From an uncultured Clostridia bacterium (GTDB lineage Bacteria; Bacillota; Clostridia; Christensenellales; Borkfalkiaceae), in contig CAMNIW010000001.1 of NCBI GenBank assembly GCA_946540675.1, positions 1-35,946 of the forward strand: a DNA stretch of 35,946 nt, given 5' to 3'. The notes beneath the pieces were generated by a model that was given only the letters and a program-made list of their open reading frames with translations, was not told where the DNA came from and made no database searches. Shown here one piece after another: positions 15,804 through 22,946 of the stretch. Position numbers and translations under genes: made by a program. How positions within the stretch are numbered: the stretch's first letter is position 1; each line of letters opens with the position of its first letter.

Positions 15804-16101
15804 ATGGCTAGACAATCAAAATATCAACCATTAGCAGATTATTTATCTAAATTGGGGGAAAATGACGTCACTTTATCAATTTAGTCAAATTGAAGAAATA
15901 CTAGGATTTAAGTTATCTCCATCAGCTAGAAAGCATAGACCTAACTGGGCTAATAATTCTGTTGAAGCCTTGTCTTGGGGTTGGATGCCTGTTGGATATG
16001 AATCATATGGCATTGATATGAAAAATGAAATAGCACATTTTAGAAGAGTTGGTAGCATTAATGCTAATTATTTAAGCAATAGGGAGACAAAACAAAAATA
16101 A
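15804..16101 (+). pseudogene. Small conserved-type gene (KYQPL..YL ... LSFSQIEEILGF.L..SARK....W.N family) disrupted by a 1-nt insertion
   Basis: AGAGGTGA RBS, then ATG 15804, gives MARQSKYQPLADYLSKLGENDVTLSI*. The sequence continues as FSQIEEILGFKLSPSARKHRPNWANN... in the +1 frame (ORF track 15862..16101). Removing one A at 15878/15879 (tcAAttt) restores a single 98-codon ORF. Confidence 0.6.
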
Positions 16102-16152
16102 ATCAAACATCCAAAAGTTCATGCCACAAATGGCATTATTATTACTAATGAG

Positions 16153-16617
16153 ATGATTGAAGACGCCCACAGGCAAGTTAAAGCTACAAATAATTATGGC
16201 AAAGAAGATGATTTAATAACTGATTGTTTTAAAAGGTTTCCAACTAACACGGATGTAACAATTGTTGCTATGAAGGTGGGTTTAATAGATATTACTAATT
16301 CAACACATGTATCACAACATAAGAGTCTAATTAGTGCTGTAGAGTTAGCTGAATGCATTGTTGAAATTAAGGATATTGATAATAGAATTAAAAATGGTGA
16401 TCCTGAAGTAGTAAATGAAATTGCTAGGTCAAATGGTAATATTAATTTATTCTCTTTTGCAACAAAGTATTGTTGTTACCACAATAAGAATTTATATGGT
16501 AGAGATGATTGTTCGATTTTAGATACTGTCTTAAAAGAGTCTCTTCCTAAATATTTTGAAGATATTACATCTAGCCAAATAAAGAAATGGGTAGATTCAT
16601 TTGATTACAAATCTTAA
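16153..16617 (+). CDS. Hypothetical protein (154 aa as annotated). An in-frame TAA at 16615 is followed by a 35-codon protein-like extension to 16725.
   Basis: ORF from the track, with no family name recognised. Past the TAA the same frame reads NDYLTRKLDELGINVPFRKRKLDHYIWFNNRKKED*, ending 2 nt before the next gene's ATG. Confidence 0.55.
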   Translation: MIEDAHRQVKATNNYGKEDDLITDCFKRFPTNTDVTIVAMKVGLIDITNSTHVSQHKSLISAVELAECIVEIKDIDNRIKNGDPEVVNEIARSNGNINLFSFATKYCCYHNKNLYGRDDCSILDTVLKESLPKYFEDITSSQIKKWVDSFDYKS

Positions 16618-16727
16618 AATGATTACTTGACTAGAAAACTTGATGAGTTAGGAATTAATGTTCCATTTAGAAAGAGAAAACTAGATCATTACATATGGTT
16701 TAACAATAGAAAGAAGGAGGATTAGTC

Positions 16728-17489
16728 ATGGAAGAATTAAACAAATTTAGTCCTGAAGTATGTGCTGAATTAAAATATTATGTTTATAGATTAGTCGACC
16801 CAAGAAATGGGCAAACTTTTTATGTTGGAAAAGGAAAGAATAATCGTGTTTTTGCACATGCAAATTGTGCCTTAGAGAGTTACAATGATGTCGATTACAT
16901 CCCAGAACAAGATGATGATGAAAATTTAAAGTATAAAACTATTCGTGAAATAAAAGATTCTGGTCTAGAAGTAATTTATATTATTCAAAAATATGGGTTG
17001 GAAGAAAGAGATGCATTTATTATTGAAAGTACTTTAATCGATGCTTATTCTATTGATAGAAAATTAACTAACAAAATAAAAGGATTCAGTTCTAGCGAGC
17101 CAACGAATGCGATAACTCTTCAAAGAGACCTTGCAGCAAAAGAGTATGTAGATTCTGATTCTAATCCTAAATATATGATTATTAAAGTAAAAGATTATTG
17201 GCTTAATCAACGAAAGGATAGATATGATTGTACTCGTTCAGCTTGGAAACTAAGACCAGAAGTTGCGAAGAAATACCCTTACGTTTTATCCGTTACAGGT
17301 GGCATAGTTCGTGAAGTCTATAAAGTTCATGAATGGCATTATTGTGAAGGAAGAAGTGGTCGAGCTGAATTTACAGGTGAAGTTGCAGAACCAGCTGTTC
17401 AAAAAATATTCAAAGGAAAAAGAATACCTGAAAAATATAGAAAGAAAGGTCAAGCAAGCCCATTCTTGTATTGTAAGGTTGATAAGTAG
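16728..17489 (+). CDS. GIY-YIG domain nuclease (COG3680/LEM-3-like type) with an uncharacterised C-terminal domain
   Basis: AAGGAGG RBS upstream. N-terminus YYVYRLVDPRNGQTFYVGKGKNNRVFAH ... IIESTLIDAY carries the GIY(-like)...YVG, Arg and Glu elements of GIY-YIG. Residues ~130-253 (KVKDYWLNQRKDRYDCTRSAWKL...GGIVREVYKVHEWHY) form a second domain. The ORF is intact. Confidence 0.8.
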   Translation: MEELNKFSPEVCAELKYYVYRLVDPRNGQTFYVGKGKNNRVFAHANCALESYNDVDYIPEQDDDENLKYKTIREIKDSGLEVIYIIQKYGLEERDAFIIESTLIDAYSIDRKLTNKIKGFSSSEPTNAITLQRDLAAKEYVDSDSNPKYMIIKVKDYWLNQRKDRYDCTRSAWKLRPEVAKKYPYVLSVTGGIVREVYKVHEWHYCEGRSGRAEFTGEVAEPAVQKIFKGKRIPEKYRKKGQASPFLYCKVDK

Positions 17490-17490
17490 G

Positions 17491-17519
17491 GGTGTGCAAA
17501 AGGTGTGCAAGGGTGTGCA
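17491..17519 (+). repeat. Three helically phased direct repeats GGTGTGCA immediately after the GIY-YIG stop
   Basis: ggtgtgca at 17491, 17502 and 17512 (spacing 11, 10 bp). The 11-mer tgtgcaaaagg (17493-17503) is identical to 15349-15359. Confidence 0.7.
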
Positions 17520-17644
17520 TTGTATTAAAATAGTTCATCTTTTTGTGATTTTATGAGCATAGAAGCGAACTGCCGTTCGTCTATGTTCGTCGCAAGGCGA
17601 ATATACTTGCCGAGAGTGCCCTTTTAAGGGTTTAGAATAAAACA

Positions 17645-17671
17645 GCGACGGACGAATTTATCGTCCGTCGC
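17645..17671 (-). terminator. Intrinsic terminator of the uxa operon
   Basis: 11-bp stem gcgacggacga / tcgtccgtcgc with loop attta. On the minus strand it is followed by TGTTTTATTCT. It lies 17 nt past the uxaA stop. Confidence 0.7.
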
Positions 17672-17687
17672 CGCGATAACGCTTGAA

Positions 17688-19097
17688 TCAAAGCGTTATG
17701 CCCGTTTTGTAAAACGCTATTTCCCTTATGTCTTCGCTCTTGGTTCGGTATTCTCCGTTTGCCGTTTTTATAAGCAAGTCGTAAAGCCCTTCTTCGTCCA
17801 TCGGATAAGCGTTGAAGTCTATCCAATTATCCTTGAAGTCGGACAAAGCGTTATTAGACGCTATCTTCACGGTGGGAACGAAGGTCGAAAAAGGAGTTCC
17901 CCTGCCCGTCGTAAACAACACCGTCTGACAACCGCTTGCCGCAAGCGCAGTCGCCGCGATAAGGTCGTTGCCCGGCGCGCTTAATACGGATACGCCTTGT
18001 TTCCCGACAATTTCGCCGTATTCCAAAACGTCGACAATCTCCGCTTTTCCCGCTTTTTCCACGCAACCCAAAGATTTTTCTTCCAAGGTGGTTATGCCGC
18101 CTTTTTTATTGCCCGGACTCGGATTTTCATACACGGGAAATCCCTGTCTTACGTAGTCGTTTTTGAAACCCGCTATCGTTTTTCGGTACTTTTCAAAGAC
18201 TTCGCGCGTTTTACACTTATTCATCAAAAGTTGTTCCGCGCCGAACATTTCGGGTATTTCGGTCAGTACCGCGCTGCCGCCTGCCGCTACGACCCTGTCG
18301 GATATTTTCCCGACGAGCGGATTTGCCGTCAAACCCGAATAGCCGTCGCTTCCGCCGCATTTCAGACCTATGCACAGTTCGGATAAGTCTACGGTTTGTC
18401 TTTTGAAATCTTTCGCTTTGTCCGCAAAATCTCTTATTATATCGAGCCCGTATTCTATTTCGTCTTTTACGTCCTGACAGTTGAAATACGCTATATTATC
18501 CCTGCCGTACGGCTTTAAGTATTCTTTTATTCCGTCAAGCCCGTTGTTTTCACAGCCCAAGCCGACGAAAAGCACGAAACTCGCGTTGGGATTGAGCGCT
18601 ATCGCGCACAGCAATTTTTTTATGTTGTCGTTGTCTTGCCCGAGTTGACTGCAGCCGAATTGATGCGTCAACGCAAAAATTCCGTCTATACTGCCCGTTA
18701 TATATTTTTGCGAAAGCCTTTCTATCCGACGACACACGTTGTTTACGCAACCGACCGTCGGAATTACGTATATATCGTTTCTTATGCCCGCTCTGCCGTT
18801 TTTACGTTTGTACCCGAGAAAGGTCTCTTTCCGTTTTCCGATTGCCGTAAACGCGGGGCTATACGAATATTCCGCATTTTCGTCCAAACGCGATTTCAAG
18901 TTGTGCGTGTGCACCCACTCGCCTTTTTTTATGTCGGCGGTCGCTTTGCCTATTATCTCGCCGTACTTTACGACGTATTCGCCTTTCTTTATGTCTTTTA
19001 AGGCGAATTTATGTCCTGCCGGTATCTCACCGTTTCCCGTAAGGCGTACCCCGACGTTATCTTTTCCGTTTATTATAACTTCGTCTTTCATAATCAA
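17688..19097 (-). CDS. uxaA: Altronate dehydratase (UxaA family hydro-lyase)
   Basis: 469 aa. N-terminal SAF-type segment ...NVGVRLTGNGEIPAGHKFALKDIKKGEYVVKYGEIIGKATADIKKGEWVHTHNLKS, then a large C-terminal dehydratase domain. It has a 4-nt overlap with uxaB. Confidence 0.85.
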   Translation of the reverse strand: MIMKDEVIINGKDNVGVRLTGNGEIPAGHKFALKDIKKGEYVVKYGEIIGKATADIKKGEWVHTHNLKSRLDENAEYSYSPAFTAIGKRKETFLGYKRKNGRAGIRNDIYVIPTVGCVNNVCRRIERLSQKYITGSIDGIFALTHQFGCSQLGQDNDNIKKLLCAIALNPNASFVLFVGLGCENNGLDGIKEYLKPYGRDNIAYFNCQDVKDEIEYGLDIIRDFADKAKDFKRQTVDLSELCIGLKCGGSDGYSGLTANPLVGKISDRVVAAGGSAVLTEIPEMFGAEQLLMNKCKTREVFEKYRKTIAGFKNDYVRQGFPVYENPSPGNKKGGITTLEEKSLGCVEKAGKAEIVDVLEYGEIVGKQGVSVLSAPGNDLIAATALAASGCQTVLFTTGRGTPFSTFVPTVKIASNNALSDFKDNWIDFNAYPMDEEGLYDLLIKTANGEYRTKSEDIREIAFYKTGITL

Positions 19098-20473
19098 AGC
19101 AATTTATAATCGCCGTTGCGAATAGACTTGACGTTCTTTCTGACTTCTTCCGCAAAACCTTTATAGCCGGTCAGATCTTCGCCCCAGACTTTTTCGTCTT
19201 TCATAAACTCTATGACGCATCCGCCGTCGGCAAAATATCCGAGATACGGGATATCGTCTTTTAACTCTATCGTCTGACAGGGCAGTTCTACGTAATATTT
19301 GCCGTCTTCTCCCCTTTTAACGCTCTTATACGTCGCCATAAGATAGGAAAATCCGACGGTAAGACCGCGGGGTATCTTTCCGAATCTTTCGTAATAGTCC
19401 TTGAAGCTCGGCAAATCGCGAGCGCGCCACTTGCTTATGCTGTTGAGCGCTATACTCGTGAGCCTATGATTAAGGTAAGGATTGAAAAACCGTTCTATCA
19501 CGCTGTCCGCAAACGCCTTGGTCGCCTGTATATCGTCGGATACAAACGGGATTATCTCATCGTTCAAAACGTTCTTTACAAATGACAAAACCGCTTTGTC
19601 CGTCATACAGTCGTAGACCGTTTCTTTGCCGAGCCATAACCCGACGAAAACCAGATTGGTATGACTGCCGTTTAATACCCGTACTTTTCTCTTTTTATAG
19701 TATTGTATATCCTTCGTCAACACCACGTCTATGCCGTGCCGACCTTCTTTGATATATTTTCTTATATCCCCTTTGTCTTCAACCGCCCAAAGCCCGAACG
19801 GTTCGCCCACCGACATAAGTTCGTCTTTTTCCCCTATCAAAGCGACAAGGCGTCGCTCGGTTTCTTCGTCTTTCGGATAACCCGAAACTATCCTGTCGAC
19901 AAGCGTGTTGCAAAAATAATTATCGTTTTCTATCCAATTTTCGAACCCGACGGGTAAATTCCAAAGTTTTATATATTTAACGACGCATTTATGCAGTTCG
20001 TCGGCGTTGTCGTCGATAAGTTCCACGGGCATCATATACAGTCCGCCGAGTCCCGCATTAAACCGTTCGTATAAAAACTTAGTAAGTTTTGCGGGGTAAG
20101 TTATGCCGTCAAAACCGTTTATATCGTCTTTTTCGTTAAAACATATACCCGCTTCGGTTGTGTTGGATACTACGATTTTCAGGTCTTTATCCCGTGCGAG
20201 AGCGATATATTTTTCATAATCGGTAAAGGGATTTATCGCGTTTTTGACCGAATTTATTTCGTAAACGTCTTCGACGGTTTTTCCGCCCGTAACTCCGCGT
20301 AAAATTATATGGTATACGTTGTTTTGCCGTTTGAATTTATCCAGATCGCCTGAACTTATCGGCTTTACGATATTCACTTCGTACTCGCCGCCTTCTCTGT
20401 TCAACGCGTCGAAATAATGGTCGACAAACGCCCTTAAAAAATTACCTTCTCCTATCTGAACGATCTTTATCAT
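19094..20473 (-). CDS. uxaB: Tagaturonate reductase / altronate oxidoreductase (mannitol dehydrogenase family)
   Basis: MIKIVQIGEGNFLRAFVDHYF dinucleotide-binding N-terminus. Length and pairing with uxaA fit. ATG 20473 has GGGAGAG upstream; the ORF-track start 20521 lacks an RBS. Confidence 0.8.
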   Translation of the reverse strand: MIKIVQIGEGNFLRAFVDHYFDALNREGGEYEVNIVKPISSGDLDKFKRQNNVYHIILRGVTGGKTVEDVYEINSVKNAINPFTDYEKYIALARDKDLKIVVSNTTEAGICFNEKDDINGFDGITYPAKLTKFLYERFNAGLGGLYMMPVELIDDNADELHKCVVKYIKLWNLPVGFENWIENDNYFCNTLVDRIVSGYPKDEETERRLVALIGEKDELMSVGEPFGLWAVEDKGDIRKYIKEGRHGIDVVLTKDIQYYKKRKVRVLNGSHTNLVFVGLWLGKETVYDCMTDKAVLSFVKNVLNDEIIPFVSDDIQATKAFADSVIERFFNPYLNHRLTSIALNSISKWRARDLPSFKDYYERFGKIPRGLTVGFSYLMATYKSVKRGEDGKYYVELPCQTIELKDDIPYLGYFADGGCVIEFMKDEKVWGEDLTGYKGFAEEVRKNVKSIRNGDYKLL

Positions 20474-20550
20474 ATAACTCTCCCTGCGAATAATATCTTC
20501 CGCCCGTAAAATCGTAAACACGGGTCAAAGCGCACGTTATTACAACCCGT

Positions 20551-21573
20551 CTATCTCCAACTCTTTAAGTTGGAAAATGTGGTTACTTTGTCAAAATAAT
20601 GCGGTTTGTCCGGAAAAATCACAAAGCGACAGTTGTCCTTCGCCCCTTCTTTTTCGTATATCTTTTCAATTACCGAATATACCCGTTTTGTTCCTTCAAG
20701 CGGAAAAATCGGATCCGTTTCGCCAACTGAAACAAGGAGTTTTCTCGGCGCTATAAGCGCGGAGAGTTCTCCCATATCGAAAAATTCCGCGCTGTGCGGT
20801 ATATAATTGCACGAACAATGCCACATATCGCCTATACTGTCTTTATACGAACATACCGAACAGGTCGGCGCGGCAACTTTTATTCTCTCGTCAAAGCAAG
20901 CCGCATAATACGTCGCCGTTCCGCCGCCGGAAGTCCCCACCAGCGTGATATCGCTTAAATCGAGTCTGTCCTTGAAAAACTCCAGACTGTCTATCGCCTT
21001 GGACACGTCCCATACCCGTTCGCCTATTATCGTCCTGCCGAGTAGCAATGCGGTCATCGCCGTAAAATAACAACCGCAAGTGAGCGAAGGCCCCCTTTTT
21101 TTAAGCAACGTGGTTCTCTCGCCCATACCGCGCTGTTCTATCGCAAGAGCGGCGTAGCCGTTTTTTACCGCATCCAGCGCAAAAGTGCTGGTTTTAAGCG
21201 ATTCTTCGTCGCCGTCGTATTTCTTTTCTCCTATCGAAATATGGAAGCCCGTCGTATGCCCTTGCAGACAAATACAGACGGGAAATTTCTTTTGCCTGTC
21301 CTTCGGAATAAGCAGATAGCAAGGGACGAAACATCCCTTTTCGCTCTCGAAAACGTAGCGGATACGGGTATATTCGTCGGTTTCGACAATCTCTTCCGTT
21401 TCGACTTTGATTTCGCAGGCATTTTCCGCAATTTTTTCAAGTCCCAAAAGTTCGGTATACTTTGCGCGGAGCCGCTCTTTCCACTTCGGGTAATCGGCGT
21501 TTTCGTCAAACGCCAGAACAGGCTTGTTTTTCAATAAATTTTCGTGTACTGCGTCGTTATCTATCTTTCTCAT
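20551..21573 (-). CDS. Alpha/beta hydrolase, probable carbohydrate (acetyl) esterase
   Basis: 340 aa. Nucleophile elbow LVGTSGGG (G.S.G). ATGA overlap with the upstream GH28 stop. Specificity cannot be read from the sequence. Confidence 0.7.
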   Translation of the reverse strand: MRKIDNDAVHENLLKNKPVLAFDENADYPKWKERLRAKYTELLGLEKIAENACEIKVETEEIVETDEYTRIRYVFESEKGCFVPCYLLIPKDRQKKFPVCICLQGHTTGFHISIGEKKYDGDEESLKTSTFALDAVKNGYAALAIEQRGMGERTTLLKKRGPSLTCGCYFTAMTALLLGRTIIGERVWDVSKAIDSLEFFKDRLDLSDITLVGTSGGGTATYYAACFDERIKVAAPTCSVCSYKDSIGDMWHCSCNYIPHSAEFFDMGELSALIAPRKLLVSVGETDPIFPLEGTKRVYSVIEKIYEKEGAKDNCRFVIFPDKPHYFDKVTTFSNLKSWR

Positions 21574-22838
21574 TTTTCGGTTATCTCCACATCTACGTTT
21601 TTAACGCGGACGTTTCGGACGACGTTATAGTCGCTGCCCGTATTTCCCGTTACGATCTTCAGGTTTTCGAGATAAAAATCTCTCAGCAAATATTGCGAAT
21701 CGTCCTTAGTCACGTTGAAGAAATATCCGCACGAGCAATCGCAATCCTTGATCTTTATGTTTTCGACCGAAGATAACGGTTTGTCCGTCCGTCCTTTCAG
21801 GTCGAAAAACTGCGTCCAGGGATTGACGTTTATAAAACTGCCCGTTATGCTTCCTTCGACCCCTTCGACGGTTATATATTCATAGTGCTGCGGCGTGTCG
21901 GGGCGCAACTTAAAATGAATAAGTTGCATTATATCCCTTACCTTTATCCTGCGCACCAAGACGTTTTTATTATGCACAGACTCGGATCCGCAGGTCAGAC
22001 CGCTGTGACAAAATCCGTAAGTACAGTCTTCGATAAGTATCCGTTCGTTTGCGCCGTTTTCTTCTTGAGTATCCGCCCACGGACCTTTTCCGCCTTTCAG
22101 TGCGACCGAGTCGTCGTTGACTTCCATATAACAATCTTTGACCAGCACGTCGGTGCAGGCGTCTATATCTATGGCGTCCGAACTCGGTGCGGGAACGGGC
22201 TCTTTGGGAGAAAAAATACGGCAACCTATAAATTTCACCCGTTTGCACTTATATATATGGTTAGTCCAAAAGGGCGAATTCTGCAGTCTGAGTTCCGCTA
22301 TCAGAACGTTTGTGCAATTCGATATATATACGAGCCGCGGACGCTGTTCGTCCTTGTTGGTACAATCGGGATTCCATTTCCGACGACTCCAAAAGGCTTT
22401 CCAAAATCGTAAACCGTTGCCGTCGACCGTGCCTTTTCCGCACATCGTAAAACCGTCCGTACCGTCCGCGTTGATAAGCGCGGGGAAGTACCGACAGTTT
22501 TCGCCTTCTATACGGGTTTCTGTGACGGGATAATCCGAAATGTCGTCGCTGCCCTTCAATATTCCGTTTTCTTCGATATAAAGGTTCACTCCGCGCTTGA
22601 AAAACAGCGCCCCGCTCAAATACGTTCCGCTCGGAACGACCAAAAAGCCGCCGCCGTTATCTGATATCAGGTCGATAAGATCCTGTATGGCGCGGGTATA
22701 GACCTTTCCGTCGTCCTTTACGCCGTAATCGGTTATAACGTATCTCTTTCCCGAACTTTCCGCCGAAGGGATATCGGTCTTATAAAACCACCCGTCTATC
22801 CGCGTTCCGTCGGGAAAACGCTCAAAAGTTTCAGTCAT
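21570..22838 (-). CDS. Glycoside hydrolase family 28 (exo-polygalacturonase-like), cytoplasmic
   Basis: GH28 motif series NSPFWTNH, SSDAIDIDAC (NTDGID-like), NDDSVALKGG (GDDC.A.K-like), CHSGLTCGSE (GHG.S.GS-like) and RRIKV (RIK). No signal peptide. Confidence 0.8.
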   Translation of the reverse strand: MTETFERFPDGTRIDGWFYKTDIPSAESSGKRYVITDYGVKDDGKVYTRAIQDLIDLISDNGGGFLVVPSGTYLSGALFFKRGVNLYIEENGILKGSDDISDYPVTETRIEGENCRYFPALINADGTDGFTMCGKGTVDGNGLRFWKAFWSRRKWNPDCTNKDEQRPRLVYISNCTNVLIAELRLQNSPFWTNHIYKCKRVKFIGCRIFSPKEPVPAPSSDAIDIDACTDVLVKDCYMEVNDDSVALKGGKGPWADTQEENGANERILIEDCTYGFCHSGLTCGSESVHNKNVLVRRIKVRDIMQLIHFKLRPDTPQHYEYITVEGVEGSITGSFINVNPWTQFFDLKGRTDKPLSSVENIKIKDCDCSCGYFFNVTKDDSQYLLRDFYLENLKIVTGNTGSDYNVVRNVRVKNVDVEITEK

Positions 22839-22862
22839 ATTTCTTTGATCCGAAAAATATTA

Positions 22863-22884
22863 CGGGGAGCGAGGACGCTCCCCG
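22863..22884 (-). terminator. Hairpin/terminator after the surface-protein genes
   Basis: 9-bp stem cggggagcg / cgctccccg with loop agga. On the minus strand it is followed by TAATATTTTT. Confidence 0.55.
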
Positions 22885-22946
22885 CATTTATTATACTTGT
22901 TCGATAGCGGTTTTGCAATCGACTGCCGCGTTTGACGCAACGAATT

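Larger units (their letters stand above)
12596..17520 (+). mobile_element. AT-rich accessory (defence/mobile-remnant) island inserted between the AraC gene and the uxa operon
   Basis: All island genes are on the plus strand, inside an otherwise minus-strand region. Hand counts of individual 60-nt lines give about 25-30% G+C inside (13201, 16381) against about 43-63% outside (4501, 12001, 12421, 23401). The island contains tRNA-end scars, a recombinase remnant and disrupted genes. An IS200 remnant lies just to its left. Confidence 0.6.

Noticed and set aside
16099-16617. TAA reassigned as a sense codon (alternative genetic code) in the island
   Set aside because: TAA clearly terminates well-defined genes in the same island (the ATPase at 14068 and RloB at 14693) and many host genes. 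I know of no bacterial or phage code that reassigns TAA alone. Nonsense mutation or decay is the simpler explanation.
17491-17519. GGTGTGCA and GTGACGA repeat clusters as a miniature CRISPR array
   Set aside because: The repeats are only 7-8 nt long with 2-3 nt between them. There are no 25-40 nt spacers and no cas genes in the window.
20474-20521. N-terminal 16-codon extension of uxaB (ORF-track start 20521), and similar extended starts at 7185, 12727, 12793, 15435 and 34586
   Set aside because: Internal ATGs have properly spaced GGAGG-like sites or give tight operon spacing. The extended versions overlap upstream genes or promoters, or sit directly on the RBS.
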